Source of the DNA: an uncultured Candidatus Peribacteria bacterium
GTDB lineage: Bacteria; Patescibacteriota; Gracilibacteria; Peribacterales; Peribacteraceae
Assembly: GCA_964508225.1 (NCBI GenBank)
Contig: CAZDRX010000001.1
Location: forward strand, 7,680 to 71,679
Direction of reading: 5' to 3'
Length of the DNA stretch: 64,000 nt
The notes beneath the pieces are model-generated. The model saw only the letters and a list, made by a program, of their open reading frames with translations, made no database searches and had not been told where the DNA came from. How positions within the stretch are numbered: position 1 is the stretch's first letter; the number at the start of each line of letters is the position of its first letter. A program made the translations under genes and the position numbers. This document shows positions 26,103 to 35,018 of this stretch, one piece after another.

Positions 26103-27392
26103 ATGACCAAAATGATCCAGTCAGCCGTGATGATCGAGCTCCTCAAGGACTCGCCTCCGGTGTTCCGCGCGCGCCCCGGTGAGCTCATCGAAGGCGGCGT
26201 CATTTTCAAAGGAAAGAACAAAATGCTCATCGACCTCGCAGGGGTCGCCACCGGAATCGTCTCCGGCCGCGAACTCCGCGACTCCATGAACACCTTCCGC
26301 GACCTCAACGCCGGTGACCTCGTCACCGCCCTCGTGCTCGAGGAAGAGAACGACGAAGGAATGGTGGTGCTCAGTCTCCGCATGGCCAGCCAGCAGAAGG
26401 CCTGGGACCGCTTCCACAAGCTCGTGGAGGACGACAAGACGATGAAGTTCACGGCACAGGAAGCAAACAAGGGCGGTCTCCTCGCCAACATCGACGGCAT
26501 CCGCACGTTCCTCCCCGTCTCCCAGCTCGCTCCCAGCAACTACCCGCGCGTGAACAACGCCGACTCCTCCGAGATCATCAGCCGCCTCGCCAAGTTCATT
26601 GGTCACACCTTCACGGTGAAGATCATCACCCTCGACGAAGCCGCCGGTAAGATCGTCGTCTCCGAGCGTGAGGCCATGGCCGAAGAGCGTTCCAAAGCTC
26701 TCGAGACCCTCGCCATCGGTTCCGCGAAGGAAGGCATCGTCTCCGGCATCGTGAAGTTCGGTATCTTCGTGTCCTTCGACGGACTCGAGGGTCTCGTCCA
26801 CATCTCCGAGATCGCGTGGGGTCACGTGAAGAACCCGTCCGAGTTCGCCCAGATCGGCGACCGCGTGAAGGTGAAGATCATCGGCATCGACGGCGAGAAG
26901 CTCAGCCTCTCCATCAAGCAGCTCACGAAAGACCCGTGGGAGGAGATCGCCGAGCGTTATCCGGTCGGCAAGAAGGTGGAAGGCTCTGTCGTCCGCTTCG
27001 CGGACTACGGCGCATTCCTCGCCCTCGAGAAGGACATCACCGGTCTCGTACATCTCTCCGAACTCAGCCACGAGAAAGTGACCGACCCGTCACAGGCTCT
27101 CAAGATCGGCCAGAAGGTGGAGGCGCAGGTCATCAACATCGACATCGACGAGCGCCGCATCGGTCTCTCGATCAAGGCTCTGAAGCCGATCGATGCCGCG
27201 ACACTCGAGCGCATCAAGAAGGGTCAGGCCGAGCGCGAGAAGGCCAAGGGAGGCGCTCCCGCCTTCGTCGCCTCCAAGACCGGCAAGAAGTATTACGAAG
27301 CCGGATCCGCTCAGGCCGAGAAGATCGCGGAAGAGAACCTCGTGAGCTTCAAGACTGCCGAAGAGGCCGAAGCCGCTGGGTACAGCGCGTAA
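26103..27392 (+). CDS. rpsA: 30S ribosomal protein S1 (four S1 repeats) with short C-terminal tail
   Basis: Repeated S1 OB-fold motifs ('GVATGIVSG', 'GIRTFLPVSQ', 'GLEGLVHISEI', 'ITGLVHLSEL'). Start 26103 or 26085. Confidence 0.9.
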   Translation: MTKMIQSAVMIELLKDSPPVFRARPGELIEGGVIFKGKNKMLIDLAGVATGIVSGRELRDSMNTFRDLNAGDLVTALVLEEENDEGMVVLSLRMASQQKAWDRFHKLVEDDKTMKFTAQEANKGGLLANIDGIRTFLPVSQLAPSNYPRVNNADSSEIISRLAKFIGHTFTVKIITLDEAAGKIVVSEREAMAEERSKALETLAIGSAKEGIVSGIVKFGIFVSFDGLEGLVHISEIAWGHVKNPSEFAQIGDRVKVKIIGIDGEKLSLSIKQLTKDPWEEIAERYPVGKKVEGSVVRFADYGAFLALEKDITGLVHLSELSHEKVTDPSQALKIGQKVEAQVINIDIDERRIGLSIKALKPIDAATLERIKKGQAEREKAKGGAPAFVASKTGKKYYEAGSAQAEKIAEENLVSFKTAEEAEAAGYSA

Positions 27393-27414
27393 CTCTCCAT
27401 CTCAGGAATCAAAA

Positions 27415-27438
27415 GACGCCCTCGGGGCGTCTTTTTTT
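27415..27438. terminator. bidirectional rho-independent terminator (rpsA / HIT)
   Basis: AAAA-GACGCCC-tcg-GGGCGTC-TTTTTTT. Confidence 0.85.
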
Positions 27439-27763
27439 AGAGTTTCGTGTCCGAGAGGAAGTGCAGATGGAGATAGAACACCTCCTGTCCTCCGCCCTTG
27501 CCGACATGGAACGTGAGCTTGTAACCGTGGATCCCCTTCTCCTTCGCAAACTTCTGCGCCTTGAGAATGAGCAGGCCGGGAAGATGCGCGGTCTCGGGCG
27601 TGACGTCCGCAATGGATGCCACGAAGTGCTTGGGGATGAAGAGGAGGTGCAGAGCCGCCTTGGGATGGATATCGCGGAAGACGAGCACCTCGTCATCTTC
27701 GAACTCGACCGTGGCCGGAATTTCTTTCCGGAGAATTTTGTGGAAAATGGTGTCGCACTGCAT
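27437..27763 (-). CDS. HIT family (histidine triad) protein
   Basis: 'CDTIFHKILRKEIPA' and 'HLHLHFL' (HxHxHxx). Confidence 0.92.
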   Translation of the reverse strand: MQCDTIFHKILRKEIPATVEFEDDEVLVFRDIHPKAALHLLFIPKHFVASIADVTPETAHLPGLLILKAQKFAKEKGIHGYKLTFHVGKGGGQEVFYLHLHFLSDTKL

Positions 27764-27836
27764 GGAAAAACCATACAGAAGAATGATGATCCGAAGAATT
27801 GACGTGGAAAGGAAAATAATGTTTTATATTCTCCCT

Positions 27837-28184
27837 ATGGAACGACTCCTCATTGTCGACGACGACGCAGCACACCTGCGAACCGTGGGGGAAATCTTCG
27901 AATCACGATTCGAGGTGATGCTGGCGGATACCGCCGAGGAAGGACTGCGTATCGTGGAGGAAATCCGCGGCATCCATGCCGTGATCAGCGATCTCGATCT
28001 CCCCGGCATGAGCGGTGTCGACCTTCTTGAACGGATACGGAAAGTGGAGGAACGCATCCGGCGTGTCCTCATGAGTGCCCAATTCTCTGACCCAGGATTC
28101 AAACCGGAGTCGGTGGAACGGGCGGCCGCACACGAACTCATTCCGAAACCAATCGATGTTCGGAGGCTCCGGAAGGCTGTCTAA
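27837..28184 (+). CDS. single-domain response regulator (receiver only)
   Basis: 'MERLLIVDDD', 'VISDLDLPGMSG', 'IPKP'. No output domain. Confidence 0.85.
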   Translation: MERLLIVDDDAAHLRTVGEIFESRFEVMLADTAEEGLRIVEEIRGIHAVISDLDLPGMSGVDLLERIRKVEERIRRVLMSAQFSDPGFKPESVERAAAHELIPKPIDVRRLRKAV

Positions 28185-28231
28185 GGGGAAGGGAATGACT
28201 TTTGGCTCAAAATACGCTAAAATAGAGGCAT

Positions 28232-28747
28232 ATGGACGGTGTGAAGATGTCAGCGGAAACCGGTACCACGAGCGCTCCGAAAGCAGTCGAGAGTGCTCCG
28301 GCAGTCGTGTTCCAGCCGCAGAAACTGAAGGAGGTGGTGGAGATCATCGATCTCATGGGCAATATCGCAAGCCGTGTGCGCGAGGATAATTCCGGGGACG
28401 CCGGCGGTTCCGGAGCGGCGAAAGCACAGCAGAAGAGCGGCACGTCCGCACGCGACGAAGCGATCGCAAAGGCTCCCGCCGTCGAAATCATGCAGCAGAA
28501 ACTTGTGACACACCTGCGTCAGGAGATGGCCTCCATTGAGCGTCAGGCACGCAAAGCCTCCCGTTCAAGCGACCGTGGTTCCGCATGGATGCTCTCCGAG
28601 CTCTACCGCAGGCTCCGCAGTCTTTCCTCGCTCATCAACGAAATCATCCACGCATCGGCGGAAGTGGTGAAGCGCTTTTACGTCTCCGTGTTCATTGATC
28701 AACAGCCGCTGGCGGCGACTGGCGACTCGCTTCAATCTGGTGGATGA
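28232..28747 (+). CDS. hypothetical protein
   Basis: 171-aa ORF with no recognised domain. Its 3' end overlaps the next gene convergently by 56 nt. Confidence 0.45.
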   Translation: MDGVKMSAETGTTSAPKAVESAPAVVFQPQKLKEVVEIIDLMGNIASRVREDNSGDAGGSGAAKAQQKSGTSARDEAIAKAPAVEIMQQKLVTHLRQEMASIERQARKASRSSDRGSAWMLSELYRRLRSLSSLINEIIHASAEVVKRFYVSVFIDQQPLAATGDSLQSGG

Positions 28748-29006
28748 CGTTGTTCACGAACCCCGAGACGATCGGGGGCCACTCGACCAAGCGGAGCGCC
28801 CAGACGATCACAGGCAGGACGATCACCACCGCTGCGATGGCTCCCAGAGCCGACGTGGTGCCTTTCAGAAATGAGAGAGCGAGTGAGCGGCGGGTCTGAT
28901 TGTTCCTGCGGTAGTCCAGACGGATCTCTGCGATGGCCTCACGGAGATCGGCCATCTCGGAGGGGAGATCGCGCTTCTTCGGTGTCTTCTGCTTGGTGTT
29001 TTTCAT
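28692..29006 (-). CDS. small membrane protein (one or two TM)
   Basis: Basic N-terminus, TM 'GAIAAVVIVLPVIVWAL'. Lies 4 nt downstream of transketolase on the same strand. Confidence 0.5.
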   Translation of the reverse strand: MKNTKQKTPKKRDLPSEMADLREAIAEIRLDYRRNNQTRRSLALSFLKGTTSALGAIAAVVIVLPVIVWALRLVEWPPIVSGFVNNVIHQIEASRQSPPAAVDQ

Positions 29007-29009
29007 AGG

Positions 29010-31382
29010 TCAGATGATACCGCAGTCACGCTGCTCTTCGCGATCGATTCCGGTGATCGGATTCAGTTCGAGTACCGTCTCGGCGAGAGGCAGCCGTTCC
29101 ATGAGATCAGACGTGCTCGGCAGTACATTCACATCGAGTGACCGCATCTTCCAGAGTGCGCGCAGCTCCTCGAAGTACTTCTGATCTCCACGAAGCACTT
29201 CGATGAACGGCATCGCAGTCACCGCGAAGCGCGTGTGCTTGAGGCGCTCGGAGAGGGCGTACATGAATGCGGTGAAGATCTCCTCTCCTCCGGCCAGGCG
29301 GAAGGCGTACTGGTCTTGCACGACGTTGGCGATCTCCTCGGCGTCCATGCCGGCGAGAATGATGAGCTGCTCGCTCGGAGCGGACGGAAAGTAGTGACGC
29401 ACACCGATCCGGCGGAGCGTGCACGGTAGCGAAAGATCAGCGACGAGGTCGGCCACCTGACTGGCAAGCCCTCCCTCGGTGTTGTGATCCTCCACGACGA
29501 CGAGGTGCTGCGTCTCGAGTGCTGCCTTGATGACGGCGGAGGCATCGAGAGGACGGATGCAGGCAACGTTGAGGACACGCACCGTGCGGTTCTGCGACTT
29601 GAGGATCTCCGCGGCCTTCACGGCTTCATGGAGCGCGGCTCCGTAGCTCAGGATGGTGGCCTCGTCACGGACAGTGTCCTCCCCTGCCACGACCGTGGCC
29701 TTGCCGTCGAAGACATAGTCCGGACCGTAGATCGGCTCCCCCTTCTCGGTGAGGAGCTGCGCATGATTGGAACGGCCGGAGAAGACGTACACGTTGGCCG
29801 ACCCCTCGGCGATGATCTGCATACCCTTCTCCGCCATGGCGGCAGCCTGATTGCTGTCTCCCGTCACCCACACCTGCGTGTGGTCGAGCGGGATATTCAC
29901 ATAGTTACGCTCCTGATGCGTCTCGCCATCTTCACCCACACTGAGTCCCGCATGCGTACAATCGTGCAGGACACCGAGCGGGATGTGACCGGTGTTCACG
30001 TCGATGAGGCGCGCATTCGCTCTCGCTTCATTCGTGCCGAACGCTGCGAATGTGTACGTGACGGGAAGGAGCCCCGCCTGACGCATACCTGCAGCCATCA
30101 TGTACATGTTCGCTTCGGCCACACCCACGTTGATCACGCGATCCGGAAACGCTTTCTCCACGACACCGAATCCTCCGGAGTCGGCAAGATCGGCGTGGAG
30201 CACCACGATCCGTGGATCACCGGCCATGAGAGCTTTGAGGTGCACGGCACCGAAATCCTTGCGTGCGGCACCCGGGTCCTTCGTGACGACGCGCTTGTAG
30301 CCTGTGGGGAGATTGAACGCTAGACGTGCGCTCCTGCGCTTGGCGCGTGCGGCCTCGTACGCATCGCGGTGTGCGCTGCGGAAAGGCATGTACGCCTTCG
30401 CGAGGTCCTCTAACGACGGGAGATTGAGCGCCGAGAGCGCCTTCTCAGCTTCGTCCTTACTGAGCGGGGCTCCGTGATAGTTCTTCTTTCCCGTATTCGA
30501 GCCTTCCTCCATGAGTGCCACGCCGTCCCCCATCGTCGTGTAGTAGCAGACGAAGATCGGATGGCCTTTGCCTTTGAGGGAGTCCGCCTTGTCCATGGCC
30601 GCGCGTACCTGCGCGATGTCATTGCCGTTCTGCACTTCGATCACCGACCAGCCGAGTGCGGCCGCCACTTCAGCGAAGTCGGTGGCCACAATCTTCGACG
30701 GAATGCCGGAGAGCTGTATGTCGTTCCAGTCCCCGTGCACGACGAGGTTATCGAGCCTCAGGTGCGAGGCGAGGCGGAATGCCTCCGCCACCTGTCCCTC
30801 CTGACTGTCGCCGTCGGCGAGCAACACATCCACCCAGCCATCGCGCTTCAGGAACTTGCGTCCGAACGCGACACCCATGGCATTGGAAGGCCCCTTGCCG
30901 AGCGGACCGGTCCCGAACGGGATGTCGCCGATACCTGCCTCGATGTGGCCGGGGAGGCCTGCAGCCGTACGGAAGGTCTCCATGATGGCCTTGGGTGAGC
31001 TGAGCCTCTCGTCTCCGCCGTCGCGGCCGAGCATCCACTGCAACGCAAAACCGAGGAGGGAGAGGTGCCCCGCGCTCATGCGGTAGGGCTCGTCGTTCTT
31101 CGGATCCCTGCGACGCGAGACTTCGTAGCTGAACGGGAACGCGGAGAGCAGCCCGCCCTGCTGAGCGGACCTGTGGAGGAGCGGCGCCTCGATGCTGAGG
31201 CGCATCATGATCTTGTGCGCGAGGTCGTAGGCCTTCAGGTCATCGGCGCTGAGTTTGGCGGCATCCTTGGGTCCGATCCAGATACGCTCACCTTTGCCCT
31301 GCACCGCAACGATGCGCTGAAGGGACATGGGGACTTCCTTCGTGTCTTTTCCGATGAGCGAAGCGGGGGTGGGGCGGGTCAT
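29010..31382 (-). CDS. tkt: transketolase (fused N- and C-terminal halves) with about 110-aa C-terminal extension
   Basis: 'GTGPLGKGPSNAMG', 'LLADGDSQEGQVAEA', 'HGDWNDIQLSG', a Pyr-domain 'INVGVAEANM' and a C-terminal TK domain. 790 aa versus about 620-670 typical. Confidence 0.8.
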   Translation of the reverse strand: MTRPTPASLIGKDTKEVPMSLQRIVAVQGKGERIWIGPKDAAKLSADDLKAYDLAHKIMMRLSIEAPLLHRSAQQGGLLSAFPFSYEVSRRRDPKNDEPYRMSAGHLSLLGFALQWMLGRDGGDERLSSPKAIMETFRTAAGLPGHIEAGIGDIPFGTGPLGKGPSNAMGVAFGRKFLKRDGWVDVLLADGDSQEGQVAEAFRLASHLRLDNLVVHGDWNDIQLSGIPSKIVATDFAEVAAALGWSVIEVQNGNDIAQVRAAMDKADSLKGKGHPIFVCYYTTMGDGVALMEEGSNTGKKNYHGAPLSKDEAEKALSALNLPSLEDLAKAYMPFRSAHRDAYEAARAKRRSARLAFNLPTGYKRVVTKDPGAARKDFGAVHLKALMAGDPRIVVLHADLADSGGFGVVEKAFPDRVINVGVAEANMYMMAAGMRQAGLLPVTYTFAAFGTNEARANARLIDVNTGHIPLGVLHDCTHAGLSVGEDGETHQERNYVNIPLDHTQVWVTGDSNQAAAMAEKGMQIIAEGSANVYVFSGRSNHAQLLTEKGEPIYGPDYVFDGKATVVAGEDTVRDEATILSYGAALHEAVKAAEILKSQNRTVRVLNVACIRPLDASAVIKAALETQHLVVVEDHNTEGGLASQVADLVADLSLPCTLRRIGVRHYFPSAPSEQLIILAGMDAEEIANVVQDQYAFRLAGGEEIFTAFMYALSERLKHTRFAVTAMPFIEVLRGDQKYFEELRALWKMRSLDVNVLPSTSDLMERLPLAETVLELNPITGIDREEQRDCGII

Positions 31383-31444
31383 GGGGAGAGCTTAGCAAAG
31401 AAACGCACGGACGTAAGTGCGCATGGAATCATTATAACCTCAGT

Positions 31445-31705
31445 CTATTTGTGGTGATGCTTCTTCTTGTGCTCGCTGTCGACACGCATGGTGTCGACCA
31501 TCGAGAGCACCCAATCCAGCATGTAGTCGATGGCTCCGATGGGCTTCAGGATCACCGCCTCCACGTCCTTGCTCACCTGATCCATCCGGTCTGCAATACG
31601 GCGCAGCGACACCGAGACAAAGATGAGGTGGTAGAGCAGGATCACGAGCATCGCGACCGCGAGGATCGAGAGGATCGTGAGGATGTCGTTCAAATTGAGC
31701 TGCAT
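31445..31705 (-). CDS. small membrane protein
   Basis: N-terminal TM 'ILTILSILAVAMLVILLYHLIFV' and a His/Lys tail. Confidence 0.5.
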   Translation of the reverse strand: MQLNLNDILTILSILAVAMLVILLYHLIFVSVSLRRIADRMDQVSKDVEAVILKPIGAIDYMLDWVLSMVDTMRVDSEHKKKHHHK

Positions 31706-31744
31706 CGTTTCGTAAGATAAAGGTATTATCGAGAATCCTAACGC

Positions 31745-32047
31745 ATGGACTCCCCTCTCTGCAAAGCACTGGCTACTGTTTCCAGACTCCCTGCAACGCT
31801 ATCCGTGGCGTTCGTCCGCATATACCAGAGGATTCTCTCACCCGATCACGGGTGGCTGCGTCACCTGTATCCGTACGGGTTTTGCCGTCATGAGCCCACC
31901 TGTTCCGTGTATGCGATCGAGACACTGAAAACTGAACCGTATCCGAAGGCGGTGTGGCATATTCTACGGCGCGTGCTTTCCTGTCACCCGTGGAACAAAA
32001 CAAGTGATGAAAGGCTTGCGAAAGCCGTCCGCAGGGCGCTCGGGTAA
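31745..32047 (+). CDS. yidD: membrane protein insertion efficiency factor YidD
   Basis: 'RIYQRILSP...CRHEPTCSVYAIE' conserved YidD core. Confidence 0.9.
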   Translation: MDSPLCKALATVSRLPATLSVAFVRIYQRILSPDHGWLRHLYPYGFCRHEPTCSVYAIETLKTEPYPKAVWHILRRVLSCHPWNKTSDERLAKAVRRALG

Positions 32048-32103
32048 CTCTTCTCAGAGAGGTTTCGCTTCAGTACAATACCAACGCTCTTTCGAAGGTT
32101 TTT

Positions 32104-32178
32104 GCGGGTGTCGTATAATGGCTATTACCTCAGGTTTCCAACCTGATGAAGCGGGTTCGATTCCCGCCACCCGCTCCA
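32104..32178 (+). tRNA. tRNA-Gly (anticodon UCC), CCA encoded
   Basis: Acceptor GCGGGTG/CACCCGC, anticodon arm TCAGG-TTTCCAA-CCTGA, T-arm GCGGGTTCGATTCCCGC. Confidence 0.9.
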
Positions 32179-32303
32179 AATGATAGAAGCCTCTTCAAGG
32201 GAACACGTTATGCCAGTCTGGTACTGGCTTTTTAACGGTTCGAACGCACCTTTTTCAATGCCAAGCCTCTCTTTAGTCTTTTGGATGGCAGCAGGGATGA
32301 GAT

Positions 32304-32510
32304 TTGGCTTGTAGCCAAGCGATTTCCCAAGCATTTTCCATTCCGAACCGAGAATGCGGACAATCTCACGGCGTTGATCGGTTGTGCCATTTTCAAAGAG
32401 ACTTCGAGCATGAAGGAAGTAAGCCAAGGGATATGCGTTTGAGTACGATGGAGAAAATAGCAAAGGGGTTTAATATTGAATTACCAGCTTTGTTTATGAC
32501 GAACGACTGA
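32304..32510 (+). CDS. possible divergent or degenerate XRE-family HTH protein
   Basis: The C-terminal 'RLSTMEKIAKGFNIELPALF' is XRE-like. The N-terminal half fits poorly. TTG start. An alternative ORF exists on the opposite strand. Confidence 0.3.
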   Translation: MACSQAISQAFSIPNRECGQSHGVDRLCHFQRDFEHEGSKPRDMRLSTMEKIAKGFNIELPALFMTND

Positions 32511-33486
32511 TTTTCCTAAAAAAATTTAGTATTTTTTGTGCAAATGCCTGTCGCTTCAATTTTCGTTCTACCTTTTTTACCTGCTTGTCGAATTTGGTTT
32601 GTTGCTGATGCAAGTAATCACATATAGCAAGACAAATCCTGTGACGCTTAAAAACATTCTCTAATTGTTTTGAAGCCAATTTCTCGCTCGAATAAAACTC
32701 TGAATATGCTGAACCAACTGTCCGCCAATTTACTTCATGAATCTCGTCAGGAAAAACTTTTTTGAAGCCAGTAATGTTCAAATAATTTCCGACAGCCGCA
32801 TATTTATAACTAAGCGGCAGAGTTATTTCCAAAGTTTTTGAGATAGGGCTTCCGCCATAAAAGGAATTTTTAGAGTGGAAGTCGTAATGACAGACAGGAT
32901 TATCAGAGGTGAGAAATCGCCATTCTTCGGAAGACGATTCTAATATTTGCCAATCGGCAAACTGATAACGATTAAGTTCTATGGCTGTAAGTACATTAAT
33001 GACGAACATATCATTGTTTGCAATGGAGTCTTTTATTTCTTTAGATTGTTTAGGAGCAATCCCATGAGCTTTTTCCATACTTGAGACCATCTGCAATACT
33101 CTTTGTTCAAAGCCCTCAATATTTGCCTTTTGAGCCTGCGTTCTTGCTTCTGAAATAGAAACAAAAATGCTTAGCACCCATTTTTCTTTAGCAGAAAGAG
33201 GATCTTTGTTTCCTAAATTTATTCTTTTCATCAAAAGGCCAAATTCCGTCTCAAATTTCTGCAAGATATTTTCTAAAACGTTCACGGGCAAATCACCACC
33301 TTCATAAAAATCAAGCTGCCAACACAGTTGCTTGGAAGTTTTTTCATCAGGCACAACTTTGTCAGCAGCTTCAAAGTAATCATATTTTTTCGGATACACC
33401 CATAGAGCTTTGTTTTTATGGGAAGCGTCAGAGAAATTGCGAAGATATGCCTGATTTACAAAGTGCTGTTTTCTAACTTGTTGCAT
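32494..33486 (-). CDS. DUF4238 domain protein
   Basis: 'KQHFVNQAYLRNFS' N-terminal motif and 'FLTSDNPV' central motif are characteristic of DUF4238. Confidence 0.75.
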   Translation of the reverse strand: MQQVRKQHFVNQAYLRNFSDASHKNKALWVYPKKYDYFEAADKVVPDEKTSKQLCWQLDFYEGGDLPVNVLENILQKFETEFGLLMKRINLGNKDPLSAKEKWVLSIFVSISEARTQAQKANIEGFEQRVLQMVSSMEKAHGIAPKQSKEIKDSIANNDMFVINVLTAIELNRYQFADWQILESSSEEWRFLTSDNPVCHYDFHSKNSFYGGSPISKTLEITLPLSYKYAAVGNYLNITGFKKVFPDEIHEVNWRTVGSAYSEFYSSEKLASKQLENVFKRHRICLAICDYLHQQQTKFDKQVKKVERKLKRQAFAQKILNFFRKISRSS

Positions 33487-33522
33487 TTTGTCGCAGGAAA
33501 ATGTTAGTAGAACGCTCTGAAA

Positions 33523-34332
33523 TTAGTTAGACGATGAACTGCTAAGAGAAGATCTAGCTCTCGTAGCCTCAACCTGTATTGGCTTATCTGTGTGCAAACG
33601 TACATCATTGCCATACAAATACTCTGCTATTGATAGACCAAATGTTGCAGCAGTAAAGGCTGTGGTAAACAAAAGTAACCACTTAGACCACACGTAATTC
33701 TGATGTTCTGAATGCTTATAAAACTCCTCACGAATTTGAGCTATTGAGTGAGAAGCCGCTTCGATAGAAATTTCCCTAAGTCCCTTCATTTCTCGTTCTA
33801 AATCGTCATATTTTCTAGGAATCGAAAGAGAAATGTTATCCAGTTCGGCAATTTTTATTATGCGATGATACTCAGCAATTAGCTCCCTCATTCTTTTCAA
33901 GACATCATTATAATTTTTAGAGTCCCAAAAAAGCTTTGTCGATTGCTCTGTTATTTTCATCAATATTTCTTCTGAAATTTTTCGAGACTTCGCTTTAAAA
34001 CTTTGAATATAGACCAACAATAGCCTTCGCCAGATTGTTCGCAACTCTTCAGAATTTAGCTTGAAGTAGCCGTCTAAGCCCTCTCTCTCTACAGGCGTTA
34101 AGTCAGTATTTTTCTCATAAAAACTGCGTATCTCCAATTCCATTTTCTTCACTTTCTCTCCAAGCTCTTCCAACGACTCAAGCGTCATCGGAAAAGCTTC
34201 TTCTTGAATGTCTCTTTCTTTCAACATTCTCCTGATATCTGGAGCAATTTTGCTGAATCTGGCACTCTGGTTTGAGTATTTTCCTATGCCATCTTCAAAC
34301 CATTTCCACTGAATAGAGCTAAACATGTGCAT
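33523..34332 (-). CDS. coiled-coil protein with single C-terminal TM helix
   Basis: About 215 aa of charged helical sequence, then 'WSKWLLLFTTAFTAATFGLSIAEYL', then a Ser-rich tail. Lies 36 nt upstream of the DUF4238 gene on the same strand. Confidence 0.6.
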   Translation of the reverse strand: MHMFSSIQWKWFEDGIGKYSNQSARFSKIAPDIRRMLKERDIQEEAFPMTLESLEELGEKVKKMELEIRSFYEKNTDLTPVEREGLDGYFKLNSEELRTIWRRLLLVYIQSFKAKSRKISEEILMKITEQSTKLFWDSKNYNDVLKRMRELIAEYHRIIKIAELDNISLSIPRKYDDLEREMKGLREISIEAASHSIAQIREEFYKHSEHQNYVWSKWLLLFTTAFTAATFGLSIAEYLYGNDVRLHTDKPIQVEATRARSSLSSSSSN

Positions 34333-34402
34333 ATCGTAGCATTCGAAGCCCTATAGAACTTCAATTGTTGACCTCGTTTCTAGAGGAGTATGATTTAGCT
34401 CA

Positions 34403-34759
34403 ATGTATAAGTCCTTTTTAATTGGCGCACTTCTCTTAGGATTACCTATAACTGCAATTGGGCATCCGGGGAATACCGCAGCAGACGGCTGCCATTATTG
34501 CCGAACTAACTGTGACAAATGGGGAGAGGTATGGAATGAAAGGCATTGCCATAACCCAAAGCCCATCACAACTACACCAAAAGCGACGCCTAAAAATACA
34601 GCCATTCCAAAAATCGACGAGTGCAGCATAAATGGTCTGCTAAAAGTTTATAAAGACCGCAAAGCTAAGGGTGAAAATATGGGGAGTCTTAGCTCTAAGT
34701 CATGGTGGAAGAAGTGCCCCGAAAATGTAAGAAAGGAAGTTTTCAAAAAAATTAAATGA
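34403..34759 (+). CDS. secreted Cys/His-rich protein (YHYH-like motif)
   Basis: Signal peptide, then 'GHPGNTAADGCHYCRTNCDKWGEVWNERHCH'. The C-terminal 2-Cys 'WWKKCPENVRKEV' module is also present in the 39542 gene. Confidence 0.6.
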   Translation: MYKSFLIGALLLGLPITAIGHPGNTAADGCHYCRTNCDKWGEVWNERHCHNPKPITTTPKATPKNTAIPKIDECSINGLLKVYKDRKAKGENMGSLSSKSWWKKCPENVRKEVFKKIK

Positions 34760-34974
34760 AATACTTGGCATTTCTTTTCATTGTTATAGCTCTAGCGGGT
34801 TGCTCTGCCTCTGCGGAGATGTGCGAGGACTATTATTCGAAGGGATATGAGGAGGGCAAAGATGATGGCTATGAGACTGGATACGAGGAAGGGCATCAAG
34901 AAGGCTATGATGAAGGTTATGGAATCGTTGAAGAAATTTGTGAAGGAGATGCTACTTGCGACGACTATTATTGA
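34756..34974 (+). CDS. small acidic lipoprotein with GY-EEG repeats
   Basis: ATGA overlap with the upstream gene. Lipobox 'IALAGC'. Repeats 'GYEEGKDDGYETGYEEGHQEGYDEGYG'. Confidence 0.55.
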   Translation: MKYLAFLFIVIALAGCSASAEMCEDYYSKGYEEGKDDGYETGYEEGHQEGYDEGYGIVEEICEGDATCDDYY

Positions 34975-35018
34975 TCATTACTCAGAACGTTTTTTAAATC
35001 TATCTTTTGAAATAGTAA

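Noticed and set aside
32125-32463. Minus-strand ORF next to tRNA-Gly. Its 'FLHARSLFENGTTDQRREIVRILGSEWKMLGKSLGY' loosely resembles a tyrosine-recombinase C-terminus (H.LRH…ENG…LGH…Y).
   Set aside because: Spacings between the putative conserved residues are each off by 2. The ORF runs into the tRNA gene, and it overlaps the XRE-like ORF on the other strand. This is too weak to call an integrase remnant without a profile search.
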